From an uncultured Chloroflexia bacterium (GTDB lineage: Bacteria > Chloroflexota > Dehalococcoidia > DSTF01 > JALHUB01), in the NCBI GenBank assembly GCA_963726245.1, contig CAVSBT010000030.1:160001-224000 (forward strand): a stretch of 64,000 bases of DNA, given 5' to 3'. How positions within the stretch are numbered: position 1 is the stretch's first letter; each line of letters opens with the position of its first letter. The notes below the pieces were generated by a model, which ran no database searches, was not told the origin of the DNA, and saw only the letters and a list, made by a program, of their open reading frames with translations. A program made the translations under genes and the position numbers. Positions 33,840 through 46,802 of the stretch are shown here, piece by piece.

Positions 33840-33974
33840 CCGCGGCCGCGGGGCGCCTCCCACGACCGACAGGCCGGAAAGGGCTCGGCGCGGGGGGTGG
33901 TATGGGATGAGTGTGAGGGAGCCAGGGCTGTCAAAGACCCTGGCTCCCGGCAGGACATAAGGCGTATGGGACAG

Positions 33975-34265
33975 CTAGGGGCACTCGGGAAGGGCTAGGA
34001 GGTTGTTGGGCTGCTCCCCGTCGGCCTCGGTCTTGAGATACTCGTTGCCCTGGGCTGACCTCGCAACGATGACATTGACGATGTGGCCCGGTGGGCGTTC
34101 GACGTAGAACGACCATTTGCCCGACTTGATGCCGGCGATCGCGTCGGGCTGGCTGAGACGCCAGGCGGTGCCATCAGCGTTGAGGCCACCGACTTGGCTG
34201 ATCCGCTCGTACGGGTTCTGCCTGTCAGTCTTCTTGATGCATGTGATCCTGAGTCGCTGTGCCAC
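33975..34265 (-). CDS. DUF3892 family protein
   Basis: RITCIKK...PYERI..VGG...W......AI..I..G...FYV...YLKT..DG...NNLL.LP.C pattern. Confidence 0.85.
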   Translation of the reverse strand: MAQRLRITCIKKTDRQNPYERISQVGGLNADGTAWRLSQPDAIAGIKSGKWSFYVERPPGHIVNVIVARSAQGNEYLKTEADGEQPNNLLALPECP

Positions 34266-34547
34266 TTAAGAAAACCTCCGGTGGCTAACCATCTCGGAGC
34301 CGCCGGCCGGGCTGCCCTAAGGTCCGGCTGTGGTAGGATTAGTTGGGCGTGCTCCTCCAACGGTGCTATACGGTACTTGGGCGAGGGCGGCAACCTGCGA
34401 GAGTCCGCTTCGCCAGGCGAGGGCGCGTGCCGGCGGGGAGCTGAGGCAGCAACTCAGCCCCCCGTCATTCTGTTCGCACTTCGTTCACCAGTTCCTCCTT
34501 CCTCGCTCCACAACGGTCTCGGCACACGGGGCATCGTTGGGGCGGAT

Positions 34548-35772
34548 TCAGGCCGTGGCCAGCCATTTGGGCGCTTCTCTCGCCCAGCGGATGGTGGTGC
34601 GCGCCAGGGCTTGCAGGTCCTGCCGACGAGCTTTCGGGGCCATAGCACCATCTGAGAACACCCCGGCCTCCATCCATCGGCTTCCTTTCTTGATAGGTGC
34701 GCCCATGATTCGGGGCAAGCTTAGAGAAGAACTCTTGGATTTCATCGTCGGACCAGTCGTCCTTGCTCAACTCGTGGTATACGCCGGCAAGTACCCGAAG
34801 CATTGTGGCAGAACCCAGCAAGCTGGTTTTGCGGAGGACCTCCGGAGTGGACGACCCATCGACGACACTCTCCAAGGCCGGGAAGCCTCCCATGAGTGTG
34901 TCGAGGAAGTTATTGGTGTTCTCCACCAACTCGGCTTCCCTCAGTTCGTTCTCCTGGCGCCGCCCGACGCGTCCCGCAAGGCCAACGGTGACGGTCCGGA
35001 TGATGTCGGCCACGTGCTTGGCTCCCAACAAGCACGGGCTTGACCCGCCGACCCTGTCCTGTTCCATATCCACTCTATCCTTCAACAAGGCGTGCTGCAG
35101 CGAATCCTCCAGCGCCCGGTTGACAACCTTTCGGCTGTCGAAACGAACACGGATGGCGGATTGAATGCCAAGGGCGTTATCTGCGATGTCCACGAACATT
35201 TGCTGGAACTCATTCAGGTCCTCTTCAATGTGGATTTGAACCGAGATGCGTTCACTGTGTAACCGTGACCGCTGCTCTTCGAGCTCTTTCAGTCTGTCCT
35301 GGAAATGCTGCTCCAAGTCTGGATTCCCCTGCCGCCGCGCCGCCGCGAGATGGGTTCTGATATTCTCTAGCTCAGCAGCCAGCTCGTCGACAGCATAGTA
35401 GAGGCCGAGAATGCGGTGCTGGCCGTCCAGGATTTTCAAATCCGTGCGGGCCAGTCGCGGGAGGCCCAGGATGCCGAACTGGGTTCCTTCCACCTCCCGG
35501 TCTACCTTGAAGCTGAAGATGTCTGGCGCCCGAAGAAGCAGCGCCGGGGCAATCCAGGTCTTGTTGTCGCGGACGTACTTGCCAAATGAACGAGCATGGC
35601 TGTCCTTGACCCGGCGATTGCCGGGTGTTGGGCGGTTGGGATCTGGCCTTGGCAGACTGGCGGCTACCTGAGCTAGAGACAGGTCGATGGAGTACACGGT
35701 TCGGGCACCCTGCTGGTAGCGGCTAGCATAGTATCGATCCTCGGTGTCATAGCCTGTCATCTGTACGTTCAT
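34548..35772 (-). CDS. DGQHR-domain (DndB-family, ParB/Srx-like) protein; frameshift near 34715
   Basis: NRRV..SHARSFGKY, ILDGQHR, QQMFVDI; C-terminus continues in ORF 34548..34745; GGAGG RBS. Confidence 0.88.
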
Positions 35773-35807
35773 GTTTCCTCCTGAAGTTGTTCACGTCGGC
35801 CTTTAGC

Positions 35808-35864
35808 AGTATGCGCCGCAGTTAACCTCTTGTCAAGCCACTTTGGAGCTTAACTGCCCGCATT
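35808..35864 (-). promoter_or_regulatory. Sigma70 promoter of the DGQHR gene with an operator-like inverted repeat around -35
   Basis: TTGACA (35836-35831)-N17-CATACT (35813-35808); gcagttaacctc ... gagcttaactgc inverted repeat. Confidence 0.7.
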
Positions 35865-35957
35865 ATCGTCTATTGGTGGCGTGTGTGAATACTCGATAAC
35901 TGTGGGGATTCCGGTTGGGGGCGTGGCTTCTGGCGGTCAACGCTGGGGCCGGGATGT

Positions 35958-35997
35958 TTGGAAGCCAGGAGCTCTACCCGACTGAGCTAACCCGCTC
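35958..35997 (-). repeat. Degenerate copy of the tRNA-Gly 5' half (att-like site)
   Basis: ttggaagccaggagctctacccgactgagctaacccgctc vs tRNA ttggaaggcaggagctctaccagactgagctacccccgctc. Confidence 0.88.
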
Positions 35998-36072
35998 ACC
36001 CGACAAGTATGCACAGCCCCCGGCGGTTCTCGACCATCCGGGGGCCGTAGGGTCCTTTCTAGGAGGGCTGCG

Positions 36073-37362
36073 CTACACGAAGTAGGTGGTGGCCGCCTCG
36101 TCTACCGTCTCCGGTGAGAGGACACGAGGCAAGCCGCGGTAGCGCGCCGCGTCGGCGATGGCCTCCACGATGTCCCGCGGCTGGCAGCCGCGCATCTCCC
36201 GACCCTTCTCCGCATAGTAGCGGCCCAGCAGGTGCCGGGCGCCCTCTTCCACGTAGGCCACCTCGTAGCGCTGGCACTCCCGGCGCAGGATCTCCAGGAA
36301 CTCATCCCTAGTCGGGTTGGGGACCTCCACCTTGTAGCGGATGCGGCGCAGCGAGGCGTCATCGGCCAGGCTTGCGGGCGCCAAGTTCGTCAGGAAGATG
36401 GGAACAACGTCGAACGGCACACGAAGCCGAGCGCCCGTGTGCAGGGTCAAGGTATCGGCACCCTGCTCCAGGGGGACGATCCAGCGGCTCAGCAGGTAGG
36501 AAGCCTGCAGATTCTGGCGACCAAAATCGTCGATGACGAGAAGGCCGCCGTTCGCCTTCATCTGGATGGGGGCCTCGTAGGTCTTCTGGATGGGGTCCAG
36601 ACTTAGCTCCAGGTGGCTGGCCGTCAGCTCGCCGTCAACGAAGATGGCCGGGCGGCGGATCACCAGCCAGCGCCGGTCGACGGTCGACGCCGAGCGCCTC
36701 GTGGCGGCCTCCACTACGTCATGGCAGGACGGGTCGTAGAGACGTATGATCTGGCGCTGAACCTCCAGCGCGTACGGGATGATGATGTCGCCCTCGATGG
36801 CCTTACGCAGCCCTTCGGCCGCCGCTGTCTTGCCGTTGCCCGACGGCCCGAAGAAGAGGGTGGGCTTCCCGGAGCTCACAGCTCGGCCCAGCCGGTCCAG
36901 AGTGTCAGCGCTGAACACCAGGTGGGACAGGCTCGATTCGATCTCCTCCGGTGTCAAGACCTGGCTGGACACGGACTGGTGCTCCACCTGCTGGATGTAG
37001 TCGGCCAGAGGAACAGGCGCCGGGCCGGCATAGCCGCCGAGCTCCAGCACCTGACTGACTCGCGAAACACCCTCGCCGGTGAGTGCGTAGAGGAAGGTGG
37101 CGGGCGAGGTCCCGGAACCGCCGGTGACTTCGCAGAGGCGTTCGCGACGAAGAAACGCCAGGATCTCCTGCACAACCCCGAGGGGCAGCGCCATCTTCTC
37201 CACCACCTGTCCCCCCGAAGGGTTGCCAGCAAAGTAGATGGTCTTCAGCGCCAGGTCCACCAGCAGCCCGGCGTCGAGGCCGGTCTCCTCAACCGAGAGC
37301 GGCGCTGGCGGGAGCTCAAGCTCGCCCCTCTCCACCTCAGAGACTCCGACCATTCTTACCAT
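36073..37362 (-). CDS. AAA+ family ATPase of unknown function
   Basis: Walker A GPSGNGKT, KANGGLLVIDDFGRQ, LRRIRYK. Confidence 0.85.
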   Translation of the reverse strand: MVRMVGVSEVERGELELPPAPLSVEETGLDAGLLVDLALKTIYFAGNPSGGQVVEKMALPLGVVQEILAFLRRERLCEVTGGSGTSPATFLYALTGEGVSRVSQVLELGGYAGPAPVPLADYIQQVEHQSVSSQVLTPEEIESSLSHLVFSADTLDRLGRAVSSGKPTLFFGPSGNGKTAAAEGLRKAIEGDIIIPYALEVQRQIIRLYDPSCHDVVEAATRRSASTVDRRWLVIRRPAIFVDGELTASHLELSLDPIQKTYEAPIQMKANGGLLVIDDFGRQNLQASYLLSRWIVPLEQGADTLTLHTGARLRVPFDVVPIFLTNLAPASLADDASLRRIRYKVEVPNPTRDEFLEILRRECQRYEVAYVEEGARHLLGRYYAEKGREMRGCQPRDIVEAIADAARYRGLPRVLSPETVDEAATTYFV

Positions 37363-37527
37363 CTTCTCCTCCTCTCGCCTCTCTCCGCAGACCGTACGCC
37401 GCGAGAGACGGCTCTGCCGGCCGGCGCACTTCCGGCTCCGGCCAGGCGTCCACTTATGTGAAGGGCCTTCCAATCAAGAACGGTCGCAGGGGGTCTTCTA
37501 TTACGGTCGTAGCGGCTCGCAGCGGAA

Positions 37528-38824
37528 TCAGACTCTGGGCGACACCCCCGTCGCCTTCGGTCGGGGGCCGATCGCTACCAGAAGCAGCATGAGGACCGCA
37601 GCGGCGAAGGCCATGCCAGCTCCGACCGCGAAGGGCGCCGCCGGCGCCACCGTCTGCCAGAGCACACCGGCCATCACGCTGGCCAGCACCGCCGCCAGCC
37701 CAATAGAGGTGTGGTAGAGACCCAGGAAGGTCCCGCGCTGCCCAGGAGGGGCCGCCTCGGCCACCAGCGCTCTCCCGGTGCCTTCGGTCAGCCCCATGTA
37801 GCAGCCGTATACGACGAACAGAGGCCAGACCCACGCTGTCGAGGGAAGCCAGGCAAAGCCCAGGTACACCAGGCCGAAGATGACCAGCCCGAGCGTGTAG
37901 AGAAGCCGCCGGTCCACTCGGTCGGAGATGACACCCGCCGGCATTGAGAGCAGAGTGTAGGACAGGTTGTATGCCACATAAGCCACGATTACCAGATCGA
38001 CGCTCAGGCCGACGTCTTTGGCCCTGAGGATCAGGAATGTGTCGCTGGAGTTGCCGATGGCGAAGACGAGGACGATGGCCAGGAAAGCCCAGTACACACC
38101 GGGGGCGCGCGCCGGCGGCTCGCCCGCTTCGGCGTGGACGGCTGCTCTGGCAGGCGCCTCGCGCACCAGCAGCACAAGAGGGAGCAAGGTGAGTGCGCCG
38201 GGCACGATCGCCAGCAGCAGGACGGTGCGGATGCCCAGGCCCAGGCCTCCCACCAGCAGCAGGGCGATCAACGGGCCAACCACAGCGCCGGCCGTGTCCA
38301 GCGCACGGTGGAAGCCGAACGCCCGCCCCAGCAGCGACGGCGGCGTGCCGTCGGCGATGAGGGCGTCCCGCGGCGACGTGCGCACCCCCTTCCCAAACCG
38401 GTCGACGAATCGGGCCAGCAAGACCTGGGGCCAGACGAAGGCCAGAGCGAGCAGCGCCTTGCCCAGCGCCGAGAGCGCGTAGCCGGCTGTCGTCAGCCCC
38501 TTGCGCCGCCCGACGCGGTCGGAAAGCCAGCCCGAGGCCACCTTCAGCAGGCTGGCGGTGCCCTCGGCCACTCCCTCGATGGCACCCAGGGCGGCCACCG
38601 GCGCACCCAGCGTCGACGTCAGGAACACCGGGAATCAGGGGGTACGCCATCTCGCTGGCGATGTCGGCCACGAAGCTGACGATGCCCAGCAAGAAGACGT
38701 TGCGCGTGACGCCGGGCACAGGCGAGGGCGCCTCGAGGGCTGCGAGGTCCGCCCCAAGACGGGTTGCCTCGTCAGCCGCAGTGTGCGCCTCGCCGCCGCC
38801 GGAGCCGGGAGAAGAACCAGTCAT
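37528..38824 (-). CDS. MFS transporter; frameshift near 38635
   Basis: DIASEM, GWLSDRVGRRK, DRFGKGVRTSPRDAL, FGFHRALD. Confidence 0.9.
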
Positions 38825-39393
38825 GGTCGGTCCGCCTGGGCGGGTCCCGCCGCGCGCTCCCGCCGACGGCGCTCCACGCAATCCCGCACCAGCGCCGCCA
38901 GCCGCTCCCTGGTGCGCTCCCGCTCTCCCGGAGTGAGGCCCACGACCAGCACCTCGGGCCGGGCCTTGAGGGCGTCGGCCCAGGGGTGTGGCGCCAGCAG
39001 GATGCTGCCCAGCAGGCAGCAACCGGCGTCCAGCGCCGCCTCCACGGCCCGGCAGAAGCGAGGCGACGCCATCTCCATCTTGCCGATCTCGTCCACCACC
39101 ACCACGTCGGCCGAGGTCGCCGCCTCTTCCAGAGCGGGCACGCCCACTCGCTCCAGGGCGGCCACGTCCACGCCGTACTTGCCCACCCGCGGCGGGCCCG
39201 GCAGGTCCACCGAGGCCAGCACGGCCTCCTGCCCGTCCAGTGTGAGCAGCCGGAAGCCACGACGCTGGCCGCCGTAGCGGATCTCCTCCGTGTAGAAGCC
39301 GCCGGCCCGCAGGGGAAGCTCCTCTACCACCCTGCGCAAGAGGGTGGTCTTGCCGCAGCCCGGCGGCCCCGTGACCAGGAAGGCGCACTTCAA
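38821..39393 (-). CDS. NTPase (NTPase_1/THEP1 family)
   Basis: TGPPGCGKTT, GGFYTEEIR, RVGKY, VVDEIGKME. Confidence 0.92.
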   Translation of the reverse strand: MKCAFLVTGPPGCGKTTLLRRVVEELPLRAGGFYTEEIRYGGQRRGFRLLTLDGQEAVLASVDLPGPPRVGKYGVDVAALERVGVPALEEAATSADVVVVDEIGKMEMASPRFCRAVEAALDAGCCLLGSILLAPHPWADALKARPEVLVVGLTPGERERTRERLAALVRDCVERRRRERAAGPAQADRP

Positions 39394-40118
39394 GGCGAAT
39401 CCGCCACCGACAGCCGGTAGCCCACCCAGGGCACCGTCACCAGGAGCTCGGCGCCTTCGTGGAGGCGCCGCAGCTTGCGTCGTAGGTTCCGCACGTGAGC
39501 ACGCAGGACTTCGGCCCCGCCGGTGCCGGGGTAGAAGCCCCATACCTTGACCAGCAGTTCCTCAGTCGTAAGGGCCAGGTTGGGCTTGTCCATGAACTCG
39601 CGGAAGAGGCGACATTCGACGGGCGTCAGCCGCACCCGGCGACCCTGCCCGTCCGGGACCGTCCAGCGCAGGAAGCGCCCGACAGGTTCCAGCGAGAGAG
39701 GCCCGGCGCGCAGGGTCCGCGCCTGCCCCGGGGCAGCGCCATCGGCGGCCGGCAGCAGACCTGCCACCGCCTCCACAAGCCCTGCGGCGTCAAGAGGACG
39801 GCCCAGGTAGGCGTCTACGCCGGGCCGGAGAGCCGGGGGGAGCGCACCATCCACCTGGAGGGCGGCCCGAGGCCCCAGGAAAAGGACAGGCACGCGGGCC
39901 CGGTCCGGGTCCGCCCGCAGCCAGCGGCAGAACTCGTCGGCCGGCAGCCCGGGGGCGCCCAGGTCCAGCGCCACCAGGTCAGCCCTCAGCGTGTGCAGGG
40001 CCCGCAGCCCCTCGTCGCTGCTGGCGGCGTCCGTTACCAGGTGCCCCCGCGCGGCCAGGGCTCCCCTCACAGCGTCGCAGGCCCGCCGGTCCGAGGAGAT
40101 GACCAGTACAGTGGCCAA
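39390..40118 (-). CDS. OmpR-family response regulator (atypical receiver)
   Basis: Receiver domain plus winged helix LTPVE...KVWG...HVRNLRRKL...GY. Confidence 0.85.
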   Translation of the reverse strand: MATVLVISSDRRACDAVRGALAARGHLVTDAASSDEGLRALHTLRADLVALDLGAPGLPADEFCRWLRADPDRARVPVLFLGPRAALQVDGALPPALRPGVDAYLGRPLDAAGLVEAVAGLLPAADGAAPGQARTLRAGPLSLEPVGRFLRWTVPDGQGRRVRLTPVECRLFREFMDKPNLALTTEELLVKVWGFYPGTGGAEVLRAHVRNLRRKLRRLHEGAELLVTVPWVGYRLSVADSP

Positions 40119-40199
40119 CGCGACCTCCCCCTAGCACCCTTGTTGGCCCCTTGCCCCCGCTGCTACAATTGAAGTTCGGCGATAGACACCTAGCACCGC

Positions 40200-43166
<2,967 letters not shown>

Positions 43167-43169
43167 GCT

Positions 43170-43844
43170 TTGCGGGACGAAATCCTCACCTACTGGGAGA
43201 TGTGCGCCCGAGAAAGGGGCTCCCTGCAGCGCGGCATGTATTTCCGCGACCCTCCGGCGGTTTCTGTCGTACTCATGTCCCGACGGCCAGGGGCACCGTA
43301 TGAGGATTCCCTGTCAGCGGACGGAACCGAGCTGATCTACGAAGGTCATGACGTGAGGAGAGAAACGGGTGTCGACCCCAAGTCAGCGGATCAGCCCTGG
43401 GCGCTGCCGTCGGGCGAGCCAACCGAGAACGCCAAGTTTGCGCGAGCCTCGGAGGAATCGAGGATGGACAGGCCATTGGTTCGCGTATATGAGAAGATTC
43501 GCCCTGGGATTTGGTCGGACAAGGGCCTCTTCGACCTCGTTGACTACGCGTACAAGCACGTGGGCGCTCGAAAGGTTTTCAGGTTCCGTATGCGGCTGTC
43601 CGCGACCCCAGACGACGTTGTGCCGGGACCACTGACGGAGGAATTCAAGAGAGCGATCCCTGCATGGGTGAAGCAGGTCGTCTACAAGCGCGACAAAGGC
43701 CGCTGTGTGCTCTGCGGTGCGCAAGACCAGCTTCACTTCGATCATGACCTGCCGTTCGCCAAAGGCGGAAGTGGTCTCACCCCAGCAAACGTCCGCGTTC
43801 TCTGCGCGCGTCACAACCTGCAAAAGGGTGCGAGGATACAGTAG
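43170..43844 (+). CDS. SRA-like domain plus HNH endonuclease (candidate modification-dependent restriction enzyme)
   Basis: N-terminal LQRGM...PYED...LIYEGHD...VYEK...W...GLF; C-terminal RDKGRCVLCG..FDH..P..KGG...N...LC..HN..K. Confidence 0.8.
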   Translation: MRDEILTYWEMCARERGSLQRGMYFRDPPAVSVVLMSRRPGAPYEDSLSADGTELIYEGHDVRRETGVDPKSADQPWALPSGEPTENAKFARASEESRMDRPLVRVYEKIRPGIWSDKGLFDLVDYAYKHVGARKVFRFRMRLSATPDDVVPGPLTEEFKRAIPAWVKQVVYKRDKGRCVLCGAQDQLHFDHDLPFAKGGSGLTPANVRVLCARHNLQKGARIQ

Positions 43845-43871
43845 CAGGGGCGCTTCGCGAACCGCCCCTGC
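43841..43871. repeat. REP palindrome
   Basis: gtagcaggggcgcttcgcgaaccgcccctgc. Confidence 0.75.
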
Positions 43872-43891
43872 ATCAACGCAGGCAGTAGAGC

Positions 43892-44479
43892 GTGGCAACA
43901 CGACCCAGCACGGCACCACCGCCGCTCAATCCGGCTGCCGGCGTATGACTACGCGCAGCCCGGCGCGTATTTCGTCACACTGGCTCCCAAGACCGGGAGT
44001 GCTGTTCGGGCAGGTCATTGATGACGAGATGCGTCCGAATGCCCTGGGTGAGATGGTCGCGGAGCAGTTTCGGCGGACCGGCGCAGATCCGTCAGAGAGG
44101 TGGACTGACACTTCGTGGTCATGCCCAACCATATCCACGGCATCGTCATCATCGGCGACCAACCCGTAGGGGCGCACGGCCGTGCGCCCCTACACCCGGC
44201 GCCCCTACGATCGTTCGCCACGGTCTCTGGTTTCGTTCGTCGCCGGGTTCAAATCCGCCGCTACCAAACGGATCAACGCAATACGATGGAACCCCCGCTC
44301 TGCCCGTGTGGCAGCGCAACTACTATGAACACGTCATCCGCGATGAAGAGGAACTGAACCGCGTCCGGCAGTACGTCATCGACAACCCGGCGCGCTGGCA
44401 GGAGGACCCCGAGAACCCGGCCTACCAGCCGCAGCCGGCCGCGCCTGACCCGGGCCACCAGAGGGCGGCGTCCTCGTAG
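43892..44479 (+). mobile_element. REP-associated tyrosine (Y1/RAYT-type, IS200-like) transposase with multiple frameshifts
   Basis: Across frames: RRSIRLPAYDYAQPGAYFVT, VVMPNHIHGI (HUH), GFKS, WQRNYYEHVIR, YVIDNP. Confidence 0.88.
44166..44193. repeat. GTAG REP inside the transposase gene
   Basis: gtaggggcgcacggccgtgcgcccctac (perfect palindrome). Confidence 0.85.
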
Positions 44480-44533
44480 GGGCAGGCCCCGTGCCTGCCC
44501 TGATTCTGGGCGACCACAGGGGGTCGCCCCTAC
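44476..44533. repeat. REP doublet (BIME/REPIN-like)
   Basis: gtaggggcaggccccgtgcctgccc...gggcgaccacagggggtcgcccctac. Confidence 0.85.
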
Positions 44534-44568
44534 GATGTCGTTGATGATGGAATGTTGGCAGCGACCCG

Positions 44569-45039
44569 CTACGCCTTGGCTGCCCGCCCGTCGCGCCAGG
44601 CGCGAATCATCGCTGCGTGCTCCTTGAAGTGAGCGATGGCGCCCTCGTCGAACATCCTGTTGGCCGTCTTGCCCTCCCCAAAGCGCTCATCCGGGAGCTT
44701 CGCCGCCGCCTCCTTGAAGGCATCGAGGGCGTGCTCCAGCTCACTCAGCACCTCGGCCCGCTGCTTACCCATGGCGTGATGGGCGAAGGTATCGTTCCAA
44801 TGCTGGACATCGTTCCAGTCAACGCCAGCAGGCGCCGGCCTTTCGCCCCTGCTCATCCGCTCCAGACCGCCGCCGAACTGCCCGAGCCATCCTGCAACGT
44901 GAGCCACGATCTCACGCACCCCCCACTGACCATCAAGCCATTTCGTCTCGAACTGGACCTCGTCCAAGCCCTCCAACGTCGAGCGGAAGTCCGCGTACGC
45001 CGCATCAAGGCGATCCACAAGCTGCTCTCTGGTCGACAT
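44569..45039 (-). CDS. DinB/ClbS-like four-helix-bundle protein
   Basis: WGVREIVAHVAGW and HFKEH motifs. Confidence 0.8.
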   Translation of the reverse strand: MSTREQLVDRLDAAYADFRSTLEGLDEVQFETKWLDGQWGVREIVAHVAGWLGQFGGGLERMSRGERPAPAGVDWNDVQHWNDTFAHHAMGKQRAEVLSELEHALDAFKEAAAKLPDERFGEGKTANRMFDEGAIAHFKEHAAMIRAWRDGRAAKA

Positions 45040-45134
45040 GACGCTCCTCCTGAGCAAGGTCTCTCCCCCACTCCTGGGCCTCTGACGCCACCTCCTCATT
45101 GAAGCACCGGTGAGAAACGCCTGTCAAACGGATG

Positions 45135-45162
45135 GTAGGGGCGCACGCCCACGCGCCCCTAC
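45135..45162. repeat. GTAG REP
   Basis: gtaggggcgcacgcccacgcgcccctac. Confidence 0.85.
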
Positions 45163-45254
45163 GTCGCGTTCGCCACCCTCGTGCCGCCACCTCTGGCGCG
45201 CCCCGCCGCCGTCCGCTATCATTTCGCCGACCGTGGTGCGGCTTCCACGGCTGC

Positions 45255-46802
45255 ATGGGAAGAGGGGAGGCAACTTTGGGTGTCGCTGAGGCCGCGCCTC
45301 GGAGGGTGACGTCGCCGTGGGCATCGGCGGCCGCCCTCCTGGATCGGGCCCTGGAGTTCGACTTCACACGGCCGCGGGCCTTCCTGGCCCTGGCGGCCGT
45401 GTACGTGGCCATCCGCATCCCCTGGCTGAACCTGGGCTACGGCACCGACCCCGACGCCTGGCGGGTCGCCCTCTCCGCCCATCACCTGCTGGACGCTGCC
45501 GAATACCTTCCCTCCCGCCTGCCCGGCTACCCCCTCCACGAGTTCGTTACGGCCCTCTTCGTGAAAGGCGGCTGGGTCTGGACCAACCTGTCGACGGCGC
45601 TGGTGTCGCTGCTGGGGGTCTACATCTTCGCCCGCCTCGCCGCCGACCGGCGGCTGCCCGCGCGAGGCGCCCTCACCATCGCCTTCGCCTTCGCGCCGCT
45701 GCTCTGGATCAACAGCGTCACCACCATGGACTACATGTGGGCGCTGACCGGCATCCTGGGGAGCTACTGGCTGACCAGCAGAGGCCGCCCGGGCCTGGCC
45801 GGGGCCTGCCTAGGGCTGGCCGTCGGCTTCCGCATGACTTCCGGAGCGGTGGCCCTACCCCTGGGCCTCCTCCTCTGGCGCGACGGCCGCACCCGCGACC
45901 TGCCCCGCTTCCTTGGCGCGCTGGTCGCCGTTTCGCTGCTGGCTTACACGCCGGTCATCGCCGTCTACGGGCTGCGCTTCCTCAACTTCTACGACGCCTC
46001 CGTGACCTGGCAGTCCTTCCTGAACCGGCTAGGCAAGGACGCCCTGGGCATCCTGGGGGCCCTGGCCGTGCTGGCCGGCCTCGCCTTCTCCTGGCGGAAC
46101 CTGCGCCGCCTGCCCGACGACCTGCGCAGCGACCCTCACGTCCTGGTGTGGGTCGCCATGGTTGTCCTCTACTTCGCCTCCTTCGCCCGCCTGCCCCATG
46201 AGATCGCCTACCTTATCCCCGTCTTCCCCTTCGGGCTCTTCCTGATGGCCCGCTACTTCCGCCCGGCGGCCCTGCGAGCCGCCCTGGCCGTCATCCTCCT
46301 CGCCGGCTTCGTCGACATCACCTCGCCTGGGGACACGGTGAACCTGCACACCTTCGCCAACGCGCGCCTGGGCGAGGGCATGCTCCTCTCCGACCTCGAC
46401 ACGCTGCAGAACCAGACGGACTTCGCTGAAGAGGTGTGGCAGGCGGAGGTGCCGGCGCATTCGGTGGTACTGACGGGCTTCATCTTCCCGGAGCTCACCG
46501 TCCTCCACCGCGACGAGCTCCGCTTCGGCATCCTTGACCGCGATTACGGGGCCATCAGCATGCTCTCCGACCGGGGCGAGGCCGTGGACGAAGCGCGGGA
46601 TGTCCGCTACGTGTGGCTGCTCAAGTACCAGGACTTCCTGGTGCTGAGGCAGGAGGGGTACCGCTTCTACTACGTCGTGGACGCCCGTCGCAGCACGGCC
46701 GGCCTCTTCGACTACCGGCCGCCCTACTACGGCGCCAAGAAGCTGGACCTGGAGAGGGAGTCGCCCTCGGCGGGCAAGGGAGCGGCGCAGACGCAGCGCT
46801 AG
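45255..46802 (+). CDS. Polytopic membrane protein, GT-C glycosyltransferase-like (start uncertain)
   Basis: Many TM helices; D-P-D followed by SRLPGYP; GLAVGFR. Confidence 0.65.
   Translation: MGRGEATLGVAEAAPRRVTSPWASAAALLDRALEFDFTRPRAFLALAAVYVAIRIPWLNLGYGTDPDAWRVALSAHHLLDAAEYLPSRLPGYPLHEFVTALFVKGGWVWTNLSTALVSLLGVYIFARLAADRRLPARGALTIAFAFAPLLWINSVTTMDYMWALTGILGSYWLTSRGRPGLAGACLGLAVGFRMTSGAVALPLGLLLWRDGRTRDLPRFLGALVAVSLLAYTPVIAVYGLRFLNFYDASVTWQSFLNRLGKDALGILGALAVLAGLAFSWRNLRRLPDDLRSDPHVLVWVAMVVLYFASFARLPHEIAYLIPVFPFGLFLMARYFRPAALRAALAVILLAGFVDITSPGDTVNLHTFANARLGEGMLLSDLDTLQNQTDFAEEVWQAEVPAHSVVLTGFIFPELTVLHRDELRFGILDRDYGAISMLSDRGEAVDEARDVRYVWLLKYQDFLVLRQEGYRFYYVVDARRSTAGLFDYRPPYYGAKKLDLERESPSAGKGAAQTQR

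Larger units (their letters stand above)
30139..35957. mobile_element. Genomic island remnant between tRNA-Gly and a duplicated tRNA 5' half; no integrase seen
   Basis: Direct repeat of the tRNA 5' half at 35958-35997; accessory cargo; visibly more A/T-containing sequence in the DGQHR region. Confidence 0.7.
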
